Positions 9,669 through 19,088 of a DNA stretch of 64,000 nucleotides are shown in pieces (positions within the stretch are counted from its first letter, which is position 1; each line of letters begins with the position of its first letter). Location of the stretch: assembly GCA_021787365.1 (NCBI GenBank), contig JAJYMB010000054.1, positions 5,365-69,364 of the forward strand, in the 5' to 3' direction. The position numbers and the translations under genes were made by a program. The notes under the pieces are model-generated. The model was given only the letters and a program-made list of their open reading frames with translations, had not been told where the DNA came from and searched no databases. Source of the DNA: Actinomycetes bacterium (lineage in GTDB: Bacteria; Actinomycetota; Acidimicrobiia; Acidimicrobiales; Palsa-688).

Positions 9669-10457
9669 CTAGCGGGCAGTCCAGCCTCCGTCGATAAGGA
9701 CATCGGCCCCGGTGATGAACCCCGCCTCAGACGAGGCGAGAAAGAAGGCCAGCCCAGCGATCTCCGACGGGTCGGCCCAGCGCCGCAGTGCCTGCTCGTC
9801 CTCCCGCTCGGCGCGCAGCTCCTCGAAGCTGCGCCCGAGCCGCGCCGCCTCTGAGCGCACGTCGCTGCGCAGCATCTCGGTGTCGACCGAGCCAGGGCTG
9901 AGCGAGACGGCGCGGATGCCGAACGGCGCCAGCTCGAGAGCGAGGGCGCGAGTAAAGGCGATCACTGCCCCCTTGGTCGAACCGTAGATCACGTGGTCGA
10001 CTTGGCCGACGTGGCCCGACACCGATGCCACGTTCACCACCACGCCGCGTCGGCGCTGCTTCATCTTGCCGACGGCGTGCTTGACGGTGAGCCACTGGCC
10101 ACCTAAGTTCACATCGACCATGCAACGGAAGTCGGCGTAGCTCAGCTCCTCCACCGGACCGACCACGATGACCCCTGCTACGTTTACGAGCACGTCGATG
10201 GCGCCAGCCTGGTGCTCCACGGCGCCGATCGCCGCCGCCACTTCCTCCTCGACGCTGACGTCGCAACGGCCGAGCGTCACCTTGCCCGCCTCGAGCACCG
10301 GGGAGCTCTCGCTCGCTTCGAGGTCGAGGCCCCGCACTGCGTAACCCTCCTGGGCAAAGCGGTCCGCGACCGCCCTCCCGATGCCCCGCGCGGCGCCGGT
10401 GACGACTGCGACGCCGGGGCTACGGCCGCCAGGTCCCGGGCCGCCTGCGCCGCTCAT
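9669..10457 (-). CDS. SDR family oxidoreductase
   Basis: Start reassigned to ATG 10457, an ATGA overlap with the upstream stop. VAVVTGAARGIGRA cofactor motif and catalytic YGSTKGA (YxxxK). Confidence 0.85.
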   Translation of the reverse strand: MSGAGGPGPGGRSPGVAVVTGAARGIGRAVADRFAQEGYAVRGLDLEASESSPVLEAGKVTLGRCDVSVEEEVAAAIGAVEHQAGAIDVLVNVAGVIVVGPVEELSYADFRCMVDVNLGGQWLTVKHAVGKMKQRRRGVVVNVASVSGHVGQVDHVIYGSTKGAVIAFTRALALELAPFGIRAVSLSPGSVDTEMLRSDVRSEAARLGRSFEELRAEREDEQALRRWADPSEIAGLAFFLASSEAGFITGADVLIDGGWTAR

Positions 10458-11275
10458 CGCCGGCCCTCCGATGCTGCCGAGAAGCCGAGCAGCTGGCGCG
10501 CTTGGCCCGGCGTTGCTACCTCGCGGCCCATCGCCCGAGCCAGTGCTGCGGCCTCGGCGACGAGCTCGCTCGCCTGGGCCGGGGTACCGTCGCGGGTGAA
10601 GGGGTAGTCCTCTGTGCCGACGCGCACGTGGTCGCCGTTGGCGATCGCGGCGGCAAGCAGGCCGTAGCGCTCGGGCCCCATCACGCTCACCGTGACCACG
10701 CAGTCCTCGGGCATGAGCCGCCGGCGCGCCAGGTACTCCTCGACAGTGGGCGGGCTCCAGGTCCCGCCGGGCCAGCCGAAGAACAGCGTGCAGACGATGG
10801 GCCTGGCCAGCTCTGCGTGCTCCCGCAGGTAGTTGAGGTTCCAGACGCTGCCGGCATGCCAGATCTCCCACTCCGGTCTCACGCCGCTTCGGACGCACTG
10901 CTCGCAGTAGGCGAGCAGCTCCTCCTTCGGGTGCAGCACGTTGCAGTCTCCCTGGGGGAAGGCCTCGTCATGGTGGTTGGCAATGACCGAGATCATGTCC
11001 GCGCGCAGGTCGAAGATCTCCTGGCGTTCGCCGATCACGAAGCTCGACATCCCGCACTGAACGAGCAGTGACGTCGAGGAGCGGACGGCCTCGACGAGGT
11101 CCTTCCACTCCGCCATCGAGTGAAGGTGGAGCACCGAGGCCCCTGCCTCCTCACAACGCGCCGACTCCGCCCCTACCTCCTCGGGTGTCTGCGGGTAGCT
11201 GGCGTCGGGGTGGAGCCAGCTGTTGTTTGGTGTAGCCGTGATGACCAGCGGGACTGCGCTACCAGGGTCGCTCAT
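10454..11275 (-). CDS. BKACE (beta-keto acid cleavage enzyme, DUF849) family protein
   Basis: 273 aa. ITATPNNSWLHPD and VLHLHS are typical of 3-keto-5-aminohexanoate cleavage enzyme-like TIM barrels. Translationally coupled to the SDR gene. Confidence 0.65.
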   Translation of the reverse strand: MSDPGSAVPLVITATPNNSWLHPDASYPQTPEEVGAESARCEEAGASVLHLHSMAEWKDLVEAVRSSTSLLVQCGMSSFVIGERQEIFDLRADMISVIANHHDEAFPQGDCNVLHPKEELLAYCEQCVRSGVRPEWEIWHAGSVWNLNYLREHAELARPIVCTLFFGWPGGTWSPPTVEEYLARRRLMPEDCVVTVSVMGPERYGLLAAAIANGDHVRVGTEDYPFTRDGTPAQASELVAEAAALARAMGREVATPGQARQLLGFSAASEGRR

Positions 11276-11460
11276 TTGTCGTGGACTAGCCTTTCAGGTT
11301 CGTGTTGACGGGCCGGCGCCTTCGCCAGCAAGGGCACTCACTGGCGAAGGCGCAGCCTTGTTGGGTGTAGTCGGCTCCCCACGAGCCCGCCAGCGCGTAT
11401 GGCGAAGACGGAGCAACGCACCGCCTGAGCGGGGACCTGGGGATGCACAGCTCGCGCCAG

Positions 11461-11486
11461 GGGCATGGACGAACTCGTCCATGCCC
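11461..11486. promoter_or_regulatory. 26-bp near-perfect palindrome GGGCATGGACGAACTCGTCCATGCCC
   Basis: 12-bp arms with only the central dinucleotide asymmetric. It lies in the 445-nt untranslated gap between the FGGY kinase and BKACE genes. Confidence 0.3.
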
Positions 11487-11719
11487 GTACGCGAGACCTC
11501 GAGGTCGACCGCCATCGGGCTGGTCGTCCGCGGCGGTCAACGGGGTGTAGGTGGTACGGCGAGTGCAGTGGCTGGAGGCCGACGCGGGCCATTGGCTGCG
11601 TGCTCCTCGGACCGCGCTGCGGTAACGGCAGGCAGCGCCGCGGGGCGTCGACCCCGGGGAGGCCGGGGACTTTGCAGAGGGCAAGGGGCTCCACCCTTCG
11701 GTCACTTCCAGCTCATCGT

Positions 11720-13345
11720 TCACTTCCCGCTCCTCGCCCCTGCCGCTTCCGACACGGGGCGCTGAACCCCGGCCCGGCCGATGCCCTGAGGCGTTGGCCC
11801 TCTAGGCCGCGCTTCCCTCGGAGTCGCTCCCTTCGGCGTCGGTCCGGGCCCGGTGGCCGGCCCGCCCTTGATGCCGGTGGCGAACTGGCGCGCCGAGGCA
11901 GCCCGGTAGCGATCGAGGTAGGTGCGGTACCCCTCTTCGAAGTCTGAGGCCCCGCTCGGGAAGAAGCGGCGTTCGGGTACTGACGTGGCCACGTCGCCTG
12001 GGGCGCGCCCTGAGATGAGCACCGCACCCGCCAGTCCTGCGACGGCCTCAAGCGGGCGCACGAGCACCTCGCGCCTGCACACCTCAGCGACGACCTGGTC
12101 CCAGCCGTGGTTAGTGCTCATGCCGCCGGTGAGGACGAGCGGCAACGACGACGTGCCGCAACACCGGTCGAGGGTCTCGACAACTCCTCGCAGCGCGTAC
12201 GCTACCCCGAGAAGCCCGGCCTGACGGACATCGGCCCCTGAGTGCGAAGGGCGCAGCCCGACCACCGTTGGCGGCGGCCACCCCGACCACTGCTCAGGGG
12301 AGAAGAATGGGTTGCCTGACAGCACGTCGAGCTGGCCAAGGGCGGGCTTGAGCTCGAACCCGCGCCCGACGAGCGCGCTGGCCAGTTGCCCGCCAGAGAG
12401 CTCGTCGAGGCCCTGCAGGCGCGCCAGCACACCCGCTGTCACACCAGCGTTGGACTCAAGCGCGTAGTGGCCCGCAAGGACGTGCGCACTGGTGAAAAGG
12501 GGGAAGCGCTGACTAGAGGGGGGCAGTTCCGCTACAGCCACCTGGGCTGGCGTTGTCGTCCCGGCGACTACGACGGGGCACCGGGAGGCACCCGCAGCGC
12601 TCAGGGCCGAGATATGGGTATCCCCCCCACCGGCGTGCACCGGTAGGCCAGCCGGCAGCCCGGTGGCGGAGGCTATGTCGCCGGCGAGGCCGCCGAGGCG
12701 CGTCCCGGCGGGGACGATCTCTGGCAGCAACGATGCCTTGACCCTCGCCGCCCCCAGGACTTCAGCCGCCCACCTCGTACCCTCCACAGCCAGCAGCTGG
12801 CTCATCGCCGCCGAGGAGGGCTCGCTCGCGACCACCCCACAAAGCCGGTAAGCGAACCAGTCGTGCAGCTGCAGTACCGTCGCCGTGCGCCGCCACAGCT
12901 CGGGTAACTGCGAACGGGTCCACAACAACTTGCCCAGCCCGAGTTCGGGTGCCGGCCAATGCCCGGTAAGCGTATAGAGCTCCTCCGCACCGATGGCTGC
13001 CACGACCTCGTCGAGGGCCCGCTCACCGCGCCGGTCGGTGTTCAAGGTGCTCGGCCCGGTCGGCTCCCCCTGCCGGTCTAGCAGCACGGTGGGGATCCGT
13101 ACGGCGCTCACGGTGACCCCCGCGAACGAGCCTGCTGGTTCGCCTAGGTCCTCGACGAGCAAGCGTAGCGATAGCGCCGCTGCCGCCCACCACTCCTCGG
13201 GGTCGAACAGCCCGGGGTCCCCGCTGGGCGCCGGGTAGGCCGATGCGGTCGAAGCGAGGTGGCCACCCCCGGCCGCGTCGAAGGCGTGCGCTTTGGCACC
13301 GCTTCCTCCACAGTCGAGAGTGACGACGATCTCGCGCGCGCTCAC
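11720..13345 (-). CDS. FGGY family carbohydrate kinase
   Basis: N-terminal VTLDCGGSGAKAHAFD (actin-fold phosphate 1 motif) and GGMSTNHGW near the C-domain. The last ~55 aa are a Pro/Gly/Ala-rich low-complexity tail, so the true end is uncertain. Confidence 0.7.
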   Translation of the reverse strand: MSAREIVVTLDCGGSGAKAHAFDAAGGGHLASTASAYPAPSGDPGLFDPEEWWAAAALSLRLLVEDLGEPAGSFAGVTVSAVRIPTVLLDRQGEPTGPSTLNTDRRGERALDEVVAAIGAEELYTLTGHWPAPELGLGKLLWTRSQLPELWRRTATVLQLHDWFAYRLCGVVASEPSSAAMSQLLAVEGTRWAAEVLGAARVKASLLPEIVPAGTRLGGLAGDIASATGLPAGLPVHAGGGDTHISALSAAGASRCPVVVAGTTTPAQVAVAELPPSSQRFPLFTSAHVLAGHYALESNAGVTAGVLARLQGLDELSGGQLASALVGRGFELKPALGQLDVLSGNPFFSPEQWSGWPPPTVVGLRPSHSGADVRQAGLLGVAYALRGVVETLDRCCGTSSLPLVLTGGMSTNHGWDQVVAEVCRREVLVRPLEAVAGLAGAVLISGRAPGDVATSVPERRFFPSGASDFEEGYRTYLDRYRAASARQFATGIKGGPATGPGPTPKGATPREARPRGPTPQGIGRAGVQRPVSEAAGARSGK

Positions 13346-14151
13346 GTCGTTCCCCCGGCAGGCCCGGGCAGAAAAGCCGAGCCTTCGCTCGTCGAGGCTG
13401 CCATGGGTGCCATGGCTGCTGCGGCCGCAGTGGCTACAGCCGGCACCTTGGCCCGGTACTTGTTTATGACCTCGGCCATCTGGGCGTCGCTTAGCACGTT
13501 AGGCTTGCCGACCAGCAAGGCCCGGTAGTAAAGGCCGGCGAGGTGCTCAAGGGACTCAGCGGCGTCGGCAGCGTGCTTCAGCGAGTGGCCGACGGCTACC
13601 ATGCCGTGGTTCGCGAGCAACACGGCCCTCGCCGGGGCAGTGAAGCTGTCGCGCACATTGCGCGCTAGCTGTTCAGTCCCGTAGGTAGCGTAGGGGGCTA
13701 CGGGCACCTCGGTCACTCCGAGGACGGCGATCATGTAGTGCACCGCTGGGATCGGGAGCCCAAGTACGGCAAGCGTGGTCGCGTACCCAGAGTGCGTGTG
13801 CACAATGGCCGCGACATCGGGCCGTACTTCATAGGTCAGGCAGTGCAAGGGTGTCTCTGAGGACGGTGACACGCCGGTGCGACAGGAGGAGACCGAACCG
13901 TCGAGGTTTAGCACGGCGATGTCGCCGGGCCCTATGTGGTCGTACTCGAGCGAGGACGGGGTGATGTAGACCTTGTCGCCTACCCGCACGCTCAGGTTGC
14001 CAGAGGTCTGGGTGAGTAGGCCACGGGATAACAGTTTTTGGCCACAGGCGACGAGCTCAGCACGCACGCGCTCGTCGTCACCTATTACTCGGCGAGGTGG
14101 GCTCCCATCGTTCATGCCCGTCCCGGCGTTCATGTCCCTGCCGTCGCTCAC
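13342..14151 (-). CDS. class II aldolase/adducin family protein (fuculose-phosphate aldolase / ribulose-5-P epimerase-like)
   Basis: TSGNLSVRV and IVHTHSGYATTLA motifs. 4-nt overlap with the downstream kinase start. The exact start is uncertain (GTG 14151, or ATG 14133/14115). Confidence 0.75.
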   Translation of the reverse strand: MSDGRDMNAGTGMNDGSPPRRVIGDDERVRAELVACGQKLLSRGLLTQTSGNLSVRVGDKVYITPSSLEYDHIGPGDIAVLNLDGSVSSCRTGVSPSSETPLHCLTYEVRPDVAAIVHTHSGYATTLAVLGLPIPAVHYMIAVLGVTEVPVAPYATYGTEQLARNVRDSFTAPARAVLLANHGMVAVGHSLKHAADAAESLEHLAGLYYRALLVGKPNVLSDAQMAEVINKYRAKVPAVATAAAAAMAPMAASTSEGSAFLPGPAGGTT

Positions 14152-14394
14152 TCACCCGTCCTTTCCTTCATAGCTCAGCCCCGCACCTCGTCAGCCCGCC
14201 CCTCGAAGGTCCGAACCCTTTTTCAGGCCTTGCCGCTTCAACGCCGGCAGTGAACGGCCCTGGTGGCAGGAAGGCGGCGGCAGAAAGCCATGGCAGTATA
14301 AGCTGCGTCGGTACTGACCAGCGTCTGGGCGTGTCGCCAGGCCCCGCGGCCTTGGCTAGCAGCAACTTGGCGCCTCCAGCGTGCCCGGTCAGTT

Positions 14395-15516
14395 TCAATT
14401 GCCCTGCCCCTGGGAAGTGCCTATTCCCGCTCCCTCGGCGCGCGGCTGTGCCCTGCTGAAAGCTGGCAGGACGCCCAGCGGCCAGTGGGCCAGAGCATCG
14501 GGGTTCCTAATGTTAGCGGCTTCGATACGGCCTGCAGCAAGCGCCCGCAGGCCCCCTAGGAGGATCTCTGAGTGGTGCTCCACTACATTGACCGAAGCCC
14601 CACCTATGTGGGGCGTAAGGGTCACGTTCGCGAGCTCCAAGAGCGGGTCGCTTGGACTTAGCGGTTCGTCCGGGAAGACGTCGAGGCCCGCTCCCGCCAG
14701 CTTGCCATCACGCAGGGCACGTACGAGGGCGTCGTAGTCGAGAACGCTCGCCCGTGCAGTGTTTATCAGGTAGGAACCTGGCTTCATGAGGCCCAGCTCT
14801 CGCTCGCCCACAAGAGGCCCACCCCTCTGGGGAGGCACGTGGAGCGACAAAATGTCGGAGCGTTTCAACAATTCGTCGGCGCTTACCGCTTCGGTCCCCG
14901 CAGCCTCTATCTCGCCAGCCGCGACGAAGGGGTCATGTGAGAGCACATGCATGCCGAGCGCGACAGCTTTGACCGCCACCCGCCGACCGATCGCTCCGAA
15001 GCCGAGCAGGCCGAGCACGAGCGTAGCGAGCTCGGGTCCCTTATAGACACTGTAGGGCACAGGTGCCGCCGGGTCGGAAGGACGCCATACGACATCTCTT
15101 GTTTGCCGCGGCCCGGCCCGGTCTTCGGTGAGCTGGCGCGCCACGACGAGGTGATGGGCCTCCGCTATATGGCGCACGACGCTCAGCATGAGGCCAAGCA
15201 CAAGGTCGGCGACGGACTCGGCGTTGCGGCCCGGCGACCTGACCACAACCACCCCACGCCGTGTCGCCTCGTCGAGGTCTACGTTGGCGGGCTCGCCGCG
15301 CACGCAACCCACCAGGCTGAGGGCCTGGAAGCGTTCCAGTACCTCACGGTCGACCCGTTCGGCTTCGACCAACAATACCCCCACCGCGGCGGGGTCGAAA
15401 CCATCGCTAGCGAGCAGGCTGGGGCCAGGGGACGCGAGCACCTCCCAGCCAAAGTCAGCTTTTAGGGAATCCAGCGCCACCTTGGTCAAGGGGGCGCTTA
15501 CTAGGGCGAGAGTCAT
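14395..15516 (-). CDS. D-isomer specific 2-hydroxyacid dehydrogenase family protein
   Basis: GLLGFGAIGRRVA NAD-binding motif and LTPHIGGAS catalytic-His segment. Confidence 0.8.
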   Translation of the reverse strand: MTLALVSAPLTKVALDSLKADFGWEVLASPGPSLLASDGFDPAAVGVLLVEAERVDREVLERFQALSLVGCVRGEPANVDLDEATRRGVVVVRSPGRNAESVADLVLGLMLSVVRHIAEAHHLVVARQLTEDRAGPRQTRDVVWRPSDPAAPVPYSVYKGPELATLVLGLLGFGAIGRRVAVKAVALGMHVLSHDPFVAAGEIEAAGTEAVSADELLKRSDILSLHVPPQRGGPLVGERELGLMKPGSYLINTARASVLDYDALVRALRDGKLAGAGLDVFPDEPLSPSDPLLELANVTLTPHIGGASVNVVEHHSEILLGGLRALAAGRIEAANIRNPDALAHWPLGVLPAFSRAQPRAEGAGIGTSQGQGN

Positions 15517-15600
15517 CCAGGCACCTCCTCAAAAGGGGTGGACAGCCGACATCTCGGCCGCCGGAGGCCTCATATGCACGGTCGCGCTCGCGGGCTCCTC

Positions 15601-15612
15601 GCACAATTGTGC
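15601..15612. promoter_or_regulatory. perfect 12-bp palindrome GCACAATTGTGC, candidate operator
   Basis: AT-centred perfect palindrome 85-96 nt upstream of the dehydrogenase start (15516), in the 195-nt gap after the arylsulfatase gene. Confidence 0.25.
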
Positions 15613-15710
15613 ATCTCACGAACATGAGCTTAGCCGAACCAAGGATCCGAGTGAACGGGGCCGACCTCTATATGTAGACGGGTCGTGTGATGCCAAGTCG
15701 ATCTTGCCGT

Positions 15711-17966
15711 TCACTGTGAAGCAAGCGCTGCCCATGCCTCCCCCTCGGCGTCTAGGTGCTCCCGGCCTTTTGCCTCGACGCTGACACGCTCCAGGCAGAC
15801 GTTCAGCTCGAAGGGGCCGACCAGGTCCCGGTCAACAGGGAGCATGTTGCTGTACCCGCAAGTGAGGCCCGCTCCGGTCAGCGAGAAGCGCACGGGCGTA
15901 TGTACAGGGACTACCCCTCTAGCCAGCTCTTCCTCGTCCAGGCCCACGCGCACTTTCCCTCCGGCGCCCTCAGGCGTGAACTCGAACCATGCCCTGTGCC
16001 TGCCGGCGTTGAGGACCACGCCCGTTTCGACCCGCGTCTCGCACCGGCCAAGCAGGTTGTGCACATAACGGAGTCGCCCGTCCACGATGTAAAAGGCCCA
16101 TCCGCCAAGAGCGGACCCGCGAGAGATGATGGTCCCGTTCGGCACGGGGGCGTCGGGCGAGACCTGGACCTCCGCGCTGACCAAGTGCCAGCGCCGGCGG
16201 ACGTTCACGGCACACACTTCTGGCACGAGCGAGATGCCCGGGTAATAGACGAAGGTACCCCGCGCTGGCAGGCCTGTCGGGCGCCTGAGCACCCAGTCTG
16301 AGAAAAGTCGGTTGTCGAGTGGCAAGACATTGTTACGGGCGGCCTCAACCCACCAGTCCTCCACCATGTCCTTGAGGCGCTCCGGCTCTGACGCCGCCAG
16401 GTCGTGGCATTCCGAGGGGTCCAGATCCACGTGGTAGAGTTCCCAGGCATCCTCTGCGAACATCAACTCTGGGTTGTCGAACTCATGGTAAGTGACCGCC
16501 TTCCAGCCTGACTTGTACATGGCGCGGCAGCCGAACATCTCGTAGTACTGCGACTGGCGAGGGCTCGGCGCTCCTGGGTCTAAGAACGTGCGGGACACGT
16601 CAATGCCGTCGAGCGGGCTTTGTTCGACGTCACCAACTACCTTGGGCACTTTGACCGAGACCGATGATAGGACCGAGGGCATTAGGTCAATGACATGCAC
16701 GTACTGCTGACGAAGCCCAGGGACCCTAATGCGGGCGGGCCAGTGCACGATGAGGGGGTCAGCCACACCTCCCTCGTGGACCTCTCGTTTCCAACGCCGG
16801 AAAGGGGTGTTCCCCGCCACCGTCCACCCCCATGGGTAGTTGTTGTGGACGTATGGGCCCCCTATGTCGTCGATGCGCTCGGCACCCTCCTCGGCCCCGG
16901 CCGTCGCCATCCGGTTCCACAGGGCAAGGTCGTTGACCGAGCCCGACGGGCCACCTTCAGAGCTCGCTCCGTTGTCCGACATCAAAAGGACCAGCGTGTC
17001 CTTCCAGACCCCCACCGCCTCCAGTGCGTCGAACAGCCGGCCAAGGCACTCGTCTGTGTGTGTCAAGTAGGCAGCGAAGGCTTCCATGTACCGCGCGTAA
17101 AGCCTTTGTTGCCCGCCGCTCAGAGAACTCCACGGCGGTACCCACGGCGGGCGGGGGGACAGCTCCGTGGCAGCCGGGATCAAGCCAAGCGCTCGCTGAC
17201 GTCCGAACACCTCACGGCGCCACTCGTCCCAACCCTGGTCGAACCTTTGGCGGTAGCCGTCGAGGTACTGCCGAGGTGCCTGGTGCGGTGAATGGCATGC
17301 TCCGGGGCAGAAATACAGGAAAAATGGCTTCTCCGGGTTGACCGAGCGCAAGTCGTAGATGAACTGCCTGGCTTGGAGCACGAGGTCCTCTGTAAGGTGG
17401 TAGTTGCTGCCAGGACCTGTGTCGTCGCGACGCAAGACGTGGTTGTCGCAGTATAGGGTGGGAGCGAACTGATGGTTCTCACCGCTCATGAAACCGTAGA
17501 AACGTTCGAACCCGCGCCCCAGGGGCCACCGTTCCCTGCTCGCTGCCGCATGGCACTCGTGCTCTGGTGTGAGGTGCCACTTGCCTACCGCCATCGTGGC
17601 GTACCCGGCGTCCCTCGGCACCTCGCTCAGGAAGCCGTTCGACTTAGGGATGTTGGAGTTGTAACCATCAAAGCCCGTTGCGAGTTCGATGACCCGCCCC
17701 ATGCCGTTGCGATGGTGGTTGCGCCCGGTCGGGAGGCTGGCACGCGTCGAGGAACACACCGATGTATTATGGAAATTGGTGTATTGGAGCCCGCCCGCCG
17801 CCAAGCGGTCAATGTTCGGCATCGCGATATCCGAGCCATAACACCCGAGTTGCGCGTACCCCACGTCATCGAGCACGACTATAAGCACATTCGCGGAACC
17901 GTCGGGCGCGCGTGCCGGCTCCGGCCACGAGGGCTCCGCATCATAGAAGTACTTGGCCGTCATCAT
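15711..17966 (-). CDS. arylsulfatase (large, ~750 aa class)
   Basis: N-terminal NVLIVVLDDVGYAQLGCYG and the sulfatase signature region CSSTRASLPTGRNHH (nt 17742-17756 for C-S-S-T-R). LLMSDNGAS segment downstream. Confidence 0.85.
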   Translation of the reverse strand: MMTAKYFYDAEPSWPEPARAPDGSANVLIVVLDDVGYAQLGCYGSDIAMPNIDRLAAGGLQYTNFHNTSVCSSTRASLPTGRNHHRNGMGRVIELATGFDGYNSNIPKSNGFLSEVPRDAGYATMAVGKWHLTPEHECHAAASRERWPLGRGFERFYGFMSGENHQFAPTLYCDNHVLRRDDTGPGSNYHLTEDLVLQARQFIYDLRSVNPEKPFFLYFCPGACHSPHQAPRQYLDGYRQRFDQGWDEWRREVFGRQRALGLIPAATELSPRPPWVPPWSSLSGGQQRLYARYMEAFAAYLTHTDECLGRLFDALEAVGVWKDTLVLLMSDNGASSEGGPSGSVNDLALWNRMATAGAEEGAERIDDIGGPYVHNNYPWGWTVAGNTPFRRWKREVHEGGVADPLIVHWPARIRVPGLRQQYVHVIDLMPSVLSSVSVKVPKVVGDVEQSPLDGIDVSRTFLDPGAPSPRQSQYYEMFGCRAMYKSGWKAVTYHEFDNPELMFAEDAWELYHVDLDPSECHDLAASEPERLKDMVEDWWVEAARNNVLPLDNRLFSDWVLRRPTGLPARGTFVYYPGISLVPEVCAVNVRRRWHLVSAEVQVSPDAPVPNGTIISRGSALGGWAFYIVDGRLRYVHNLLGRCETRVETGVVLNAGRHRAWFEFTPEGAGGKVRVGLDEEELARGVVPVHTPVRFSLTGAGLTCGYSNMLPVDRDLVGPFELNVCLERVSVEAKGREHLDAEGEAWAALASQ

Positions 17967-18202
17967 CCCTCCTGTACCCTGGCACCCCTATCGAGGAGCG
18001 CCCGTAGACAGCACGGCGCACGCACATGAGGGCCGCAAGTCCATAGCGGCCGCCAACCATGCCTATCCTGCCTCCGCATCCTGAGCGCCTGCGCACGTCC
18101 AATCACTCGTGCGCTCGCCCGGGTCGCCCAACCGGCACCGTCCGCCTGTCGCCCCTGTCCCGCCACCTGGACCCAGTGGGACCTCTCACCCGCCTGCTCT
18201 CC

Positions 18203-19087
18203 TCACCCACGTACCGCGCCCCCGAACGCGAACCCGCCTTTCACCAGACGCGAGACGAGCAGGTATATCACCACGACGGGGAGCGAGTACATCAATGAGA
18301 ACGCCGCCAGATCACCGTACTGCACCAAGCTACCCGAGTGGATAAAGCCGAACAAGGCAAGTGCGGCCGGCGTCTGCGAGGGCGCACTTATGAGGACCAA
18401 CGGGACCAAGAAGGCGCTCCACCCAGCAGCGAAGGCAAAAAACGCGGACGCCGCGATGCCAGGAGCGGCCAGCGGCCCCGTCACCCGCACGATGACCTGC
18501 CAAAGATGCGCTCGTTCCATCACGGCGGCCTCCTCCAGGTCCGCCGGTACGCTCTGTACGGCAGCCCGGACGAGCCACAGCGCAAAGGGGAGGTTCGTCA
18601 CGCCTATGAATATCCCTGCAGGCAGCATGTTCAACAGCCCGTTGCTGGACAGGAACACGTACACCGGGATAACGACAATGGCGATGGGCACCGCAGTCAA
18701 GAACAGCACCGCCACCATCAAGCCGTCCTTGAGCGGGATATGACGGCGCGACAGTGCGTACCCCGCCGGCACTGCGGGGACTGTCGCGACAGCCGCCGAG
18801 ATGAGCCCGAGCTCAAGGCTACGGAGGAGGCTTTCCAAGTTGGCGCTTGAGCCGGCCGCAGTGAAGTTGGCTATGCTCCAGTCCGGCCAGCGGAGCGAGG
18901 ACGTCGCGTGGGCATCGAAGGCTGCCAGCACCAACCAGACAAGGGGCAGAACGAATAGCGCACCCATTGCGAGCAACCCCACGGTCGCACCCAGGGACCA
19001 AGTCTTCTCCCGCAAGAAGGAAGGGGGTGGGGCCTCGACGCCAGGACCCCGCTCAACATGGCCCGCCTCGGCCTCCGTTACTCCCAC
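18203..19087 (-). CDS. carbohydrate ABC transporter permease (MalG-like)
   Basis: EAA loop DLEEAAVMERAHLWQVIVRVTGPL. Start set to GTG 19087, one nt after the upstream stop. Track start 19171 would overlap the upstream gene by 83 nt, so the start is uncertain. Confidence 0.75.
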   Translation of the reverse strand: MGVTEAEAGHVERGPGVEAPPPSFLREKTWSLGATVGLLAMGALFVLPLVWLVLAAFDAHATSSLRWPDWSIANFTAAGSSANLESLLRSLELGLISAAVATVPAVPAGYALSRRHIPLKDGLMVAVLFLTAVPIAIVVIPVYVFLSSNGLLNMLPAGIFIGVTNLPFALWLVRAAVQSVPADLEEAAVMERAHLWQVIVRVTGPLAAPGIAASAFFAFAAGWSAFLVPLVLISAPSQTPAALALFGFIHSGSLVQYGDLAAFSLMYSLPVVVIYLLVSRLVKGGFAFGGAVRG

Positions 19088-19088
19088 T

